DNA of 64,000 nucleotides from Octopus vulgaris (taxonomy: Eukaryota). Where the stretch lies: assembly GCA_951406725.2 (NCBI GenBank), contig OX597821.1, positions 46,996,001-47,060,000 on the forward strand, in the 5' to 3' direction. Below, piece after piece: positions 14,261 to 26,790 of this stretch. Position 1 is the first letter of the stretch. Every line of letters starts with the position of its first letter. The position numbers and the translations under genes are program-made. The notes under the pieces are model-generated. The model had not been told where the DNA came from. It did no database searches and saw only the letters and a program-made list of their open reading frames with translations.

Positions 14261-16916
14261 TACATGTGTGTGTGGTTGCGTGGGAAATTATACCCTTAGT
14301 GCATGTGAACACGTATTCTCAAGTGTTCACATAGAATGTCTTTATATTTGCATTGGGGGAATTACGGTAATAATTGCTAATGAATTGTTGTCTCTGTGTG
14401 TGTATGAACATACATGTACACACATATGTATATATGTGTGTATGATGTATGTATATATGTATATTTACGTGTAAGCAAGCATGTGGGCGTATTCCTTCTG
14501 AAGATATTTTACGCTTGATCATGTTGATTTATTTCTTGAATAAGCCAAGTATTTTGCAGTGTTTTTTGTAGGGGTGGGGCCTATTTTACGACCTGACCAC
14601 ATTGTTAGCCTAAAGACACATGTTTCACGTCTTGAGTTATATATGCAAACATATATGCATATTTATTTATTTGCCGATTCATTGCGTTATATCTGTATAT
14701 ATTGGTATGCGTGTGCGCGTGTGTGTTTCCGTATACACCTGCGAAAGTACACACGCTTCAAACCAGAAACGAAGCGTAAAGAACTCAATAAACAGTATGT
14801 GTATCTTATTGCAATACGGGGTTAGACGTTTTGAATCTTAACTCTGAGTGAATATTTCAGATCCTTTAATTGACTGAGCCAGGGAAGCAGTGTGATGATA
14901 TATATGCAAAAACATTAGTAAGCAGATCAAAATATCATTACTTTACAGTATATCGGAACTTGATTAGTTACCGGCGCACAAATATGTTAATAAACATGTC
15001 ACATATTTAACACTTCATTTTCATATGCACAACACGTGATGCGTTCATAAATTCAAGGGAGAAAACATGAGTTTTCTATGTCACCCTCGTTGTCTTGGGT
15101 GTGTTTAACAATGTACAGCGAATACGGACTGAATATCCCTCCAACTCACTCTATTATCTTAAAAGATACAAATCCACACTACTTAATGTAATCTGATATA
15201 TACAATAAAAATGTTATAACCTAAGCATAAGGTCATGCATTTGAGGTTACTGACCTAATCATTTTAACTGATCACTGTTCATAAAGATACATATTATATC
15301 AATCTCAGAGTTTTAATAATGAATGTCGATTTCAGTGGATTTATGAAAGTGCGACCCTTAACTTTTGAAGAGAGAAAAATTATTGAAGTTGCTAATAATG
15401 TGTTAGGTAAATAGTAATGACGTAGACAAGGTAAACACAGACAAATGAAAGAAACGATTAAAATGAAATATTATTGTTGTACCAGATTAATACTTAAAAC
15501 AGAATTTTAAGTTACAATAAATTTTAATACTTAAAACAGGGTTTTAAGTAACAACAAGCAATAAATTGACAGGCATAATTACACTAGCTATTCCAGAAAT
15601 AAGCTATTGCTGCACATTTAACTGGAGGCTAAGTGGGAGGAAAAGGAAAACAGTCATTGTATTCAGAATACAACTGCCAATCAGACACAAAGAATATATT
15701 TACCAAAAGTACCGTACGAGTAGGGGCTTTCTGCAGCTAAAAACCTATTATGAAATATCTATAATAGAAGTACAAAAATATCTAGAGTAGAATGACCTAT
15801 AAAAGAAAACAAAAAAAACAAACAAAAAGGATTATTTATGTTCTCAAGCAAACCAAAATATAAAGCAGTCTGAAAGTAATAGTTGCAGGAAAAATTTAGA
15901 AATAACAAAGAAAAAAAAAACTAAAAGGCTGGACAAAAACGTGATGACAGAGAGTAATGCTTAAGGCAATCGCAGCCAAAAAGCCCCACCAACAAGAAAA
16001 ACAAACATGAAAGGGACGATACAAAGATATAAAATAAAAAGGATTTTATATCGATTTTTTTTTTAAAGTCATTCCTTTCCTTTTTATAAAGGTCAGATAT
16101 ATATAAAAATTATATAACATTGAATATAGTTTTAGTTTACAACCAGAACTGCTGTGGTCGCCGACTCAAGGCAGAAATGAATGTACACTCGTCTTATATT
16201 TGGTCATACAAACAAAATACCCAGGACGAAGGCATCGGGGAAACCTCTGTTTGACGTACTGGAAACATAAGTGAAGTTTTCTCCCAGATTGCTCCTAAAT
16301 GTATTAGAAAAGGAAGAACATTGAAATATGATGACCAAGACATTCGATGACTGAATATAGGATATGACTGTATCTGCTATAATGCTTTTCTTCATGAATT
16401 CGATCAGAGCTGATGTAGTGCTAAATAAAGAACCAAAAAGCAAGTTATGTTTTCGGGTTTTCCCTTTACAATGCAACGACGGCAAATCTGTCCTAGCAAA
16501 AATCTGGGGATGTATTGACACACTTGTGCAGCAATAAAACACAGGGAGCGGAAGTCGTTGCTCTGTTTGACAATCGTACACATTTCCTCTCACAGCACAC
16601 AGAAAATTTCATTTTGTAAATATTCGCTTAATTGATTTTATTATTTAGGATAAGCCGAGTAGATGTATGTGCTTGGTGGTGGTGATGATGGGGTGGGAGG
16701 TAGTGGCTTATGTCAAAACGTGACCAATTGCATTAGCCACTGATATACATAGACACACACGCACACGCACACATATTTATATAAGCACATACATATGTGT
16801 ATGTGTCAGTGTATGTTTGAGTATACATAAGCACACACATTTACACGTATGCATACGAGTATGCGTGTGCGAATGTGTTTGAATAAGGGTGTTCAAAAAT
16901 ATACAGCTATATCTTT

Positions 16917-16977
<61 letters not shown>

Positions 16978-17837
16978 TGCGTGCGTGCATGCATACATAC
17001 ATGCTCACATTCACACACTCGTGCACACACGCGCGCGCTTATATAATTTCTTTACGAAGTTAAGAATTTCCAAAGTAAGCAAAAACCGGAAGAGAATGGG
17101 TCTGTTTTTTTTTTTTTTTTTATGAAGGCTTCTCTCACCCCCTCTCCTTTCTCCGGTCATTAACTTTTGTTGGCAAGTATTTATTACATTTAGCAAACGG
17201 TTTACAGGGAACAAAGAGTAAGGGCGAGGGGAGTTTACTGAAGCGGATTCCTGCTCTTCTCTTTATGTATTTCGTTTTACTTTTCTCTTGAAAGAGACCA
17301 GAGTAATTTTTATCTTGACACATTAAAAGCCATTACAAATTTCTAAATGTCGTAATAGAAGTGACCCCATGTTCGTATGTATGAATGTATGTACATATAT
17401 ATATGTGTGTAAGTATTAATGTATTTATATATGTGTATATGCATGTGTGCATGTATGTATATATATTTATGTAATATACACTATGTTTAGCTGTATTCAT
17501 GGATATATGTATATATGTATTTATGCATATATGCGTATATATATGTGTATGTGTATGGCGTGTGTGTGTGTGAGTGTGTGCGTGCGTGTGTATGTATGTA
17601 TGTGAGTGTGTTTGTATGTGATACTTGTATGTGCTCTAAGCATAATGTCATTAAAAAATTGCCTGACTTGTAATTTGGTTTGTATGAGTCGAATATCTCA
17701 ACCAACACAAAAATGAAAAATAAAAGTGTTTTGTAAATACAGCGAGTGGAAATGGCAGATATGCACAGGAAATACTCTATCGTTCACCGTAAATATCCTT
17801 CCATGAGACTAATATCAGGTTTTGCTTGTTTATTTAA

Positions 17838-18035
17838 GGCGGCGAGCTGGCAGAATTGTTAGCACACCGGGTGAAATGCTTAGAAGTATTTCGTCTACCG
17901 CTACGTTCTGTGTTCAAATTACGCCGAGGTCAATAAACTCAGTATCAGTGAAACACTGGGGTCGATGTAATTGTCTATTCTCCTCCACCAAAATTTCAGG
18001 CCTTGTGCCTACAGTAGACAGGATTGTTGTTGTTG
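17838..18035 (+). mobile_element. tRNA-headed SINE family A (internally deleted copy)
   Basis: GGCGGCGAGCTGGCAGAATTGTTAGCAC head with A/B-box-like motifs (GTTCAAAT); homologous to the 34292 copy. Confidence 0.8.
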
Positions 18036-18047
18036 CGGTTAATATTA

Positions 18048-20341
18048 CACTGGTCAAGAAGTATTTTTCATCAAGGTATATTTAGTGCAGTTTTTAATAC
18101 TGATTTCAAATATAAAATTAATTTTTTGACACCACGTACAGTTTTCAAGATGAGAAAGTTTTTTGGTTTTAGCTCATGCATTATGTAGAAATGCATGTAT
18201 TTCATTTACATCGTGGGAAAATACCTTTAAAATAAACTAGATAATTCATTGCTGCATAGTTAAGAAGCAATATTTCATCATCTTAAATTAAATTTGTCTG
18301 ATGAAATGGGTATTTCAACATCTCAAATTGTCAAGTCATAATTGGTTTGATGAGATATTTTATCATCTCAAATTCAATATTAGTATAACGTTTTGTATCT
18401 ATTTCCTTACTTGTTTCACAGTGTTAACATCATGTCAGTGTAGAAATCGTCATGATGCGTTTTGTTGTCAGTGGACAATTTATTGTGAAAGCTCAAAAAC
18501 GTACAATAACACCAGAACTCAAGAAGATTTATAAAACTATACTTTGTCCTCTTGGAGATCAGGACAAGTTATGGGCACCACATGTCATCTGCTCAGCTAG
18601 ATGACATGACTTACGTGACTGGTTCAATAAGAAGTCCATGCCTTTTGCCATTCCAATGATATGGAGAAAGCCGAAAAACCATTCTTGTGACTGTTATTTT
18701 CGGAAAGTAAATGTCACAGGATTTTCTATGAAGAACAAACACAAAATTGTGTATTCCAATTTGGATTCTGCAATGAGACCCGTGCCTCACAATGGAAGTC
18801 TGCCAATTCCATTTCCACCAGATGACGATATTGAAACATCAGATGATAATGCTGACTGTCATGATAGTGCTGCTGAAGAAGATCACGTGGCTGATGACGA
18901 CAGCTTTGAACCTCAGAAATTTCCCCAAGTTGAACTGAATGACCTTGTCATTGACCTATCCCTCTCAAAAGGATAAAGCAGAACTGTTGACATCAAGACT
19001 GAAGGAGAAGTTTCTGCCGGAGCATGATGTTTGTATAACTTATTTTCGACAGAGAAATGTGGTTATACAAACGTGTTTTTCTGGTGAAACCCCGCTTTGC
19101 TTTTGCAGTAACATCGATGGACTTCTCGGATGTTTATCACAAAAGCATGATCCTGAAGAGTGCCGTTTGTTTATTGACTCTTCAAAATGAAGATTAAAAG
19201 CTGTACTTCTCCACAATGGTAATTTGAAGCCCTCCATTCCAGTCGTACACTCCGTTGATCTTCATGAATCATAGGAGAATATGGAACTTCTGCTTCATGC
19301 CATTGTCTATGAAAGATACTCATGGAAAATATGTAGAGAGTTAAAAGTCATTGGAATGTTAATGGGAATGCAATCAGGTTTCACAAGATAGAATTCTTTC
19401 TTGTGTCTATGTGATAATCGGGCATTTTACAGATATTATTCAGAAACTGGCAAATAAGAACACCATACCAGCCAGGACTATCTAGCGTCAAGAATACACC
19501 TCTTGCCTCCTGTCCTATTGCCTCCTTTGCACATAGAGCTTGGACTGATGAAACAGTTGGTAAAGACACTAGGGAAGAAAAATGCCTGAGGGTTTGAGTG
19601 TATTATAGAAAAGTTTCCAAAATCACACAGACGAAGTTGAAAGGAGATATCTTTGTCGAACCCCAAATTAGAGAAGTACTCAACGACGTCAATTTCAAGA
19701 CAACACTGGATGAACTGGAACTGCCTGCCTAGAATGTTTTCAATTAGATCTGTGAGGATTTCTTGGGAAACAAGAAGGCAATGGACTCCAAGAATGGCAT
19801 CAAGTACCTTCTGAAATGTTACTCAGCAATGGGTTGTCGCGTGTCACTGAACGTTCACTTCTTGAACTCCCATCTGGATTTCTTTCCAGATAACCTCGGA
19901 GCAGTGTCTGATGAACATGGTGAAAGATTGCACCAGGACATTAGGGCTATGGAGAAACGGTACCAAGACTTCTGGAATGACAGTATGCTCGCTGTCTACT
20001 GCTGGACACTTTACCGTGATCGTCCAGATCAAGAACACCGCCGGAAATCCAAATCCCAATGTTTCTAGCTTTGTTGTTCTAACTTTGTTTTGTCTGACCT
20101 ATTTTTTGTCTATTCACTCTTTGTACAATGATAGTGATGAGTTTTAACTCATTAAACTCATTTTCTTTCTAAAAATAATGTCCTTATTTATTACGTAAAT
20201 GATTTCACATATACAAATATGTAAATATTTACATGTATCTACTGAAAACCTGATACGTCCTGGATGCAAATATAGTGAAATTTTGAAATCAGCATGAAAA
20301 ATTAGTCTAAAAAAGTTGGTTTGCATTCATAATGACCAGTA
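18048..20341 (+). mobile_element. Full-length but decayed Chapaev3-like DNA transposon (~2.3 kb)
   Basis: TIRs CACTGGTCA...TGACCAGTA; flanks TTA/TTG (possible 3-bp TSD); subterminal inverted TACTGATTTCAAA/TTTGAAATCAGCA. Transposase motifs across frames: LGDQDKLWAPHVIC, PMIWRKPKNHSCDCYF, RLFIDSSK, LPPLHIELGLMKQLVK, HFLNSHLDFFPDNLGAVSDEHGERLHQDI...YCW. Multiple stops and frameshifts. Confidence 0.85.
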
Positions 20342-20385
20342 TTGTTGTTGTTGTTGTTGTTGTTATTATCATTATTATTATTATT

Positions 20386-20420
<35 letters not shown>

Positions 20421-20653
20421 TATTTTGGAATTTTCATTATCGGTGACTCCTGATGTCTGCTTACGCCACGTCTTAGCTCTTTGTAGGCCATGATTTCCAC
20501 AAGGGATCCCAATGGATCATTCTTGCCACATTGTCGTGTCGTCTTTTGTATTCGTGTTGTGCCGATTTTGGACATTTGCTAACGATGTGCCATACCATTT
20601 CACTCCTCTCACCACACATCCTGTATTTGTCACTGTCTGTAGCGTTGTTGTTG

Positions 20654-20733
<80 letters not shown>

Positions 20734-21189
20734 TATGGTTTCTTTTCATTATAACTTCATTTCAGCTGCCTTAGTACCGGGCATCCTCTGGAGGTCAAGA
20801 GTAGCAAGGGCACTTTTGCTTTGCTATGCATGCTAAAATTATTACCACATTTATTCCATTTTAGATGGAGAGTGCTTTCCGTAGTATATAGGCTATACCC
20901 ATCATGGTTATCATTTGTAGTTCACAGAGATCGGAGTTACCAGGGAGTTGCTTAATATACTTAATATACTCTTCTGACACAGAAGATCGGGAGCCCTTAA
21001 TATACGGTGGTGAGGCATGTTATAAGGTCGGTATTATGGGGGGTTAGTAGTTTCTTCTGTTTTTGGTAAGAGATATGTAATCCCTTCTGTAAGCCACTTT
21101 GGGACTTTCACAGGGCTGGACATGACTTCATTGAGTACTACGGCTAAGTTGTGGTGGGTGCTCATCATCATCATCATTATTATTATTAC

Positions 21190-21250
21190 TATTCAGTAGT
21201 TTTATTTTTATAGCGTGCTTTCACTTCACTACCGAGCGCAGCTCTGTGTG

Positions 21251-21252
<2 letters not shown>
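21190..21252 (-). mobile_element. Very short 3'-end fragment of a non-LTR element embedded in (TAA)n
   Basis: Minus strand reads GCACACAGAGCTGCGCTCGGTAGTGAAGTGAAAGCACGCTATAAAAATAAAACTACTGAAT, flanked both sides by (TAA)n, consistent with R4/Dong-type TAA targeting. Confidence 0.5.
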
Positions 21253-21311
<59 letters not shown>

Positions 21312-21569
21312 TTATTATCATCATCATCATCATCACCACCACCAGCACCACCACTGCCATTACCATCATCATCATCATCATCATCATCGTTTAATATCTT
21401 ACGCATAATGTCTCTAAATATTTGCTTCGTAGTTGGAACTAAAGTTTTGGCACAAAAATCATGCTGTCGTATCAAAGGGAACAGTATTTTGTTGTTGCTA
21501 TTGTTTTTGCTTTAATTTTTTTTAAACATACTCTTTATGTGTCGAAACTGTAGAGTGACAAAGTAAAGA

Positions 21570-21980
21570 TCTTCTCATATGTTCTTCTCTTTTCCACCTG
21601 TTCGCACATTACTTTTCATCCATCCACCTCATCTCGGCAGTTCCTCAGGTGTTCAGTCTTCTCTGGGCTTCTTTCCTCCTCTTTCTCTCCAGTTAGCAGA
21701 ATCATTCCCACCCCCTTAGATAAGAGACTCTGTTTTCCTCTGCTGGGTGTGATAACCTTGTATCCACACAGAACTAAGGACCATATTTCTTAGCGAACCT
21801 ATCAGTTGGAGAAACACCACTGCTACATTGTCATTGGATGTTCGTATTATAAGACCGAACCATTTTAGTTTCCTCTCTCTTATTACACTATCATCATATA
21901 TATCTTGTGAAAATATGTTCTTTTGGAAGTACTTCTTCGTCTGTGAACCCCTAATATAACCCGTCAACACCGTTTTCAAA
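21570..21980 (-). mobile_element. Highly decayed RTE-like LINE 3' fragment
   Basis: IRERKLKWFGLIIR resembles the RTE C-terminal 'R.RRL.WFGH..R' motif. Confidence 0.45.
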
Positions 21981-22503
21981 AGCTTCTACCCAGAATTCTT
22001 CAGTTAGTTTAAATGATTTAGATTATTTAGTTACGTATCTTTACGCTGTTATTAAATTGTAGTTAACTTTACCTTTCTTTCTTTTAAGACTGGGGGTGAT
22101 AAAGTAAATTCAATACTGCTCTGGGGTTTAATCAATCAATGTACCACATTAATATCCAACACCAATTGTGTGGCTCTTTGCTAATGTCAGAATTAATATT
22201 GTCAAATTATTAACAAGAGCACAAGGAAAAATGCATTTGATCTTTTCTCCGAAATGTAAATAACGGCATAGTTTAAATTGCATATTTCTACAAGAAAATG
22301 CAGACGATATCGATTTGTTTTAAGTGCAAAGAAACTCCATCTATAGAGTCTGGTACTGAGGTCAATAATTATGGAGAAGTACACTGAGATATTGCCCTCG
22401 TTTTACTGTAACATCCTGATGGAATTCTGATTTTTATTTTACGTAGAGTCTGTCTGTGTGTGTGTGTGTGTGAATATGCGTGCGTGCGTGAGCGCGTACA
22501 CTT

Positions 22504-22560
<57 letters not shown>

Positions 22561-22569
22561 GATAGATAC

Positions 22570-22760
22570 ACTCTAATGGAGCCTTCAATCTAAAGACTCC
22601 ACTAGAGTGGACGCAAGCGCAAATATACGATTTATAAAAACATGTGACATATTAATAAATATCTGTAATTTTAAAACCATCCAGATTTCTGCGTACCTTA
22701 TTTCTCCCAATATATAATACCTGTACATCATCTCCAAACCTTCTGATATATATACATATG
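22570..22760 (+). mobile_element. Decayed Penelope-like terminal repeat fragment
   Basis: TAAATATCTGTAATTTTAAAACCATCCAGATTTCTGCGTACCTTATTTCT is the reverse-complement homologue of 46214-46270. Decayed HHR-like CTAAAGA-TCCAC/GTGGA-CGCAA at ~22590-22620. Flanked by (TA)n. Confidence 0.45.
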
Positions 22761-23316
22761 TGTGTGTGTGTGTGTGTGGCGCTGAGTATAACTATCACAT
22801 TACACCCTTTCACAATCTAAATTCTTAACCTAACTCCACCCCTTAATGATCACAACGACCACTTTTGTTGGTCATTCTCCCATTTCATGGTAAGCCTCGA
22901 CAGACTTCAGCCACATCCCTGTTGTATTCTTGAGAGATTATTTCGTTTTTGAAATTATGTTTCATCTGGTGATTACGGTTTTCGGAATGAAGTAATGTTC
23001 TCATTCTTCTATTAAAAATGTGTAAGAAACAGTTGTTATGAGCTGACAATTATCCATCGTCTGTTATTATTCATTTAATAATACATCATAGGGATTTACG
23101 ATACGTCAAACACCCTGGTGTATACCAACAACATACAATCAACGTAACGTGTGCTTTGGACCGGCTCCTCGGCGCTGAGTACTTATAGGATTGGTTTTCT
23201 CTGTGTAGACAACTGGAATATCCTGTTGGATATTTATCAACCGTAGGCGGTGACTACAGGTTTATCCAACCCTACCTGGTTCATATCTTTTCAAGTACCC
23301 GACTCTATCTGAATCC

Positions 23317-23317
<1 letters not shown>

Positions 23318-23371
<54 letters not shown>

Positions 23372-23429
23372 TCTTCTTCTTCTTCTTCTTCTTCTTCTTC
23401 TTCTTCTTCTTCTTCTTCTTCTTCTTCTT

Positions 23430-23503
<74 letters not shown>
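23318..23503. repeat. (TTA)n-(TTC)n-(TTA)n compound microsatellite
   Basis: Directly visible. Confidence 0.97.
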
Positions 23504-23504
<1 letters not shown>

Positions 23505-23657
23505 AAAAGTGGATTTTTTCCATGGAATCAGGTACACTGACTTCTTAATATGCTGTAAATCCTTTATTTTGGTACGCAAAAAGGCGGTAGAGCCGAAACT
23601 AGGTAAATAAAACCATCGAACAGAGATTGTCGGAAGCGACACCTACTGGCTGGCTAC

Positions 23658-23699
23658 GCTGCATTGAAAAGGGGCAATACCCCGAAACGCGTCTGTAGC
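23658..23699 (+). ncRNA. Minimal type-I hammerhead ribozyme motif (U3:A8 variant), copy 1
   Basis: Stem I GCUGCA/UGUAGC; core UUGAAAA; stem II GGGG-CAAUA-CCCC; GAAA; palindromic stem III (A)CGCG(U); cleavage triplet GUC at 23691-23693. Confidence 0.75.
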
Positions 23700-24019
23700 T
23701 GCCGGTCAAGTAGTGTGGAGCGACTGACCTCCCTTGTTCGAAGGTTATATGGATACAGTTTGTGTATCAAATAGCTAACTTAAGGCGATGGCCTCATGGA
23801 GCTAATAAGCGGACAGCTTTATTCTTATTTTTATAAGAATGCCATATTAGTATGGCGATAACTATTATTTTCCGGGAACGCTGCCGCTGTTCTCTTTTAG
23901 AGAGACTTAGTAATTTTAATATTTCTATTATTGAAAACAAGTGGATGTATTCCACCGAAACTAGGTAAATAAAACCATCGAACAGAGATTGTCGGAAGCG
24001 ACACCTACTGGCTATCTAC

Positions 24020-24061
24020 GCTGCATTGAAAAGGGGCAATACCCCGAAACGCGTCTGTAGC
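24020..24061 (+). ncRNA. Minimal type-I hammerhead ribozyme motif (U3:A8 variant), copy 2
   Basis: Identical to copy 1, 362 nt downstream. Confidence 0.75.
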
Positions 24062-24290
24062 TGCCGGTCAAGTAGTGTGGAGCGACTGACCTCCCTTGTT
24101 CGAAGGTTATATGGATACAGTTTGTGTATCAAATAGCTAACTTAAGGCGATGGCCTCATGGAGCTAATAAGCGGACAGCTTTATTCTTATTTTTATAAGA
24201 ATGCCATATTAGTATGGCGATAACTATTATTTTCCGGGAACGCTGCCGCTGTTCTCTTTTAGAGAGACTTAGTAATTTTAATATTTCTAT

Positions 24291-24355
<65 letters not shown>

Positions 24356-24449
24356 GCATATATATCTATATATCTATATATATATGTATGTATGTATATG
24401 TACGTATGTATATATGTATTATATATAGTAGAGAATGTAACTTTTATAT

Positions 24450-24496
<47 letters not shown>

Positions 24497-25106
24497 CTGT
24501 GCAAACCGATGCAACCTTCTCCAATGCAGATCTCCAAGGCAACCTTCACCAATTCATATCTATGATGCAGCCTTGACCGATAGTACCCATAGGAGGGGTT
24601 AGGACTAGATCGGGATTAGTCGCTGCCTCTTAGAAGCTCTCGAGTCCCCTTTCGCTAGGTTAGATTGAGGCTTAGTTGTGATCCGAACATAACCTCTTCT
24701 GACACAGAGGATCGGGAGCCCTTTTGGGTGTTCTATTTTCCTTGCCGGAAGAGTTCCCAACCCATGGGCCAAGAGGGGTTAGATGATGGGGGTTTGAAAG
24801 GGCCTGAATTTTTTTGCCTATCCTAAGGTATCCAGTCCGTTATGCGGTTTGAAGGTCCGGTCTTGGAATTCTTTCCTGCGACATTCCAATCATCTATCCA
24901 TAGTACAGTTTGCACATTTATATATGCTCCCAATATGCTGAGCCCACCTATTCATACAAACAAATAAATGGTGCATGAAAAGGCTAGCCATTGGTGAAAC
25001 GTGGAAGTCACTGGCTTATTAAAAATTATTCACAGACCTATTTGCGACTGTTTTTTGTTTTTATTTTAACTTCCTCTTCCTCTGTGTTTGTGTGGGGGGT
25101 ATATAC

Positions 25107-25161
<55 letters not shown>

Positions 25162-25210
25162 CATATATATATATATATTCCTCTCTCTCTCTCTCTCTCC
25201 CTTTCTCTCA

Positions 25211-25279
<69 letters not shown>

Positions 25280-25282
<3 letters not shown>

Positions 25283-25655
25283 CGTAGGAGTAGCTGTTCA
25301 GGGTTCAGTCCCACTGCGTGGCACCTTGGGCATGTGTCTTCTACTAGAGCATCGGACCGACCAAAGCCTTGTGAGTGGATTTGGTAGACGGAAACTGAAA
25401 AGAAGCCTGTATATATATATATATGCATACATATATATGTATACGTGTGTATATGCTTGTGTATCTGTGTTTGTACCCCCAACATCGCTTGACAACCGAT
25501 GCTGGTGTGCTTACGTCTCGGCAACTTAGCGGTTCTTCAAAAGAGGCCGATAAAATAAATACTAGGCTTACAAAGAATAAGTACTGGGGTCGATTTGCTC
25601 GACTAAAGGCGGTGGTCCATTATGGCCACAGTCACATAACTGAAACAAGTAAAAG
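25280..25655 (+). mobile_element. SINE family B (tRNA-like head, CORE-like GTGGCACCTTGGGCA segment, internal microsatellite)
   Basis: GGTTCAGTCCCACTGCGTGGCACCTTGGG...GGATTTGGTAGACGGAAACTGAAAGAAGCC plus 3' body ...TAGGCTTACAAAGAATAAGT...CTGAAACAAGTAAAAGA; homologues at 41458, 47195 and 49070. Confidence 0.8.
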
Positions 25656-25689
25656 AATATATATATATATATTGTTTTACTTGTTTCAG

Positions 25690-25729
<40 letters not shown>

Positions 25730-25894
25730 ACTTTTTTTGAGTTAGTCAGTTTCACGTTCCTGTTCGACGGACAGTTGTGCTAAGTATTTATCACAATTTT
25801 GCACCTTCAAAAAAAGAAAAAGGATATCATTCTACATTTGATATTCAAGAACTATTTTTCTTCCTTGCCTAGTACTTATGTGCTCACCTGTATG

Positions 25895-25971
<77 letters not shown>

Positions 25972-25974
<3 letters not shown>

Positions 25975-26146
25975 CGTCTGCCACTACATTCTGAGTTCAA
26001 ATTCCGCCGAGGTCGACTTTGCCTTTCATCCTTTCGGGGTCGATAAATAAAGTACCAGTTACGCTCTGGGGTCGATGTAATCGACTTAATCCCTCTGTCT
26101 GTCCTTGTTTGTCCCCTCTATGTTTAGCCCCTCGTGGGCAGTAAAG

Positions 26147-26150
<4 letters not shown>
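25972..26150 (+). mobile_element. SINE family A, 5'-truncated
   Basis: GAGTTCAAATTCCGCCGAGGTCGACTTTGCCTTTCATCCTTTCGGGGTCGATAAATAAAGTACCAG, as at 34292-34703. Confidence 0.85.
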
Positions 26151-26228
<78 letters not shown>

Positions 26229-26564
26229 CAAGAGAGAGTATTAATAATACTCCTTTGATGGAATTTATAAGGATTTTAATGATGATTACAGTGCAGTCCA
26301 ACGGACTACACTATAATCATCCCAGGAATACGGACTATGAGCTTAAGAAACATGCGATTTGTGTGTAGCGATGCATTAAAATATTTATAAATTCCATCCA
26401 AGGATTATTACTATTATTACTATATTAATCCTACATTACATCGGTACTGATCAGTGCGATACCCCAAATCTGATATCGCCCGATGGTAATATTGGTCTGT
26501 AATCGGCATAAAAGAATAGGAGCTTTTATTGGCATTTTCAAAATGTTTCCCGCAAACAAACTTA

Positions 26565-26790
26565 AACGATGTGACCTCGTGTGTACCGTTGGCGATTTTT
26601 TTCCTCTGTCTTCCCTTCTCTGGATCTTTCCTTCTCCTATGTTTCCAACGAAGAGCTCCGCTCGAAACGTTAAACTCTCCTTCTTCCCTTCTTTCCTGAA
26701 CGTCCAATAATACTATATTTGTTCCACGTCCTCGCGTCGTTGTGTTTTTTTGTGTTTTCTTATTTGGATTAACTTTATATATATATATAT
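26565..26790 (+). mobile_element. Solo Penelope/Neptune-like terminal repeat with decayed HHR motif (26641-26675)
   Basis: GTTT-CCAACGA-A-GAGC-TCC-GCTC-GAAA-CG-TT-AAAC. Downstream TTTCCTGAACGTCC.ATAATAC..ATTTGTT resembles the terminal repeat of the 41672-44570 element. Ends in (TA)n. Confidence 0.65.

Larger units (their letters stand above)
23593..24292 (+). repeat. Tandem duplication, period 362 bp (two 338-bp near-identical blocks plus a 24-bp spacer)
   Basis: 23593-23930 equals 23955-24292 apart from GG/AT at ~23652/24014; ends abutting (TA)n. Confidence 0.95.

Noticed and set aside
15560-16600. ORFs 15566-15790 and 16204-16593 as genes
   Set aside because: No recognisable domain or splice structure; likely ancient repeat debris.
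23593-24292. CRISPR array or LTR pair
   Set aside because: Only two long units, no short-repeat/unique-spacer pattern, no cas genes, no TG..CA ends or PBS/PPT; eukaryotic context.
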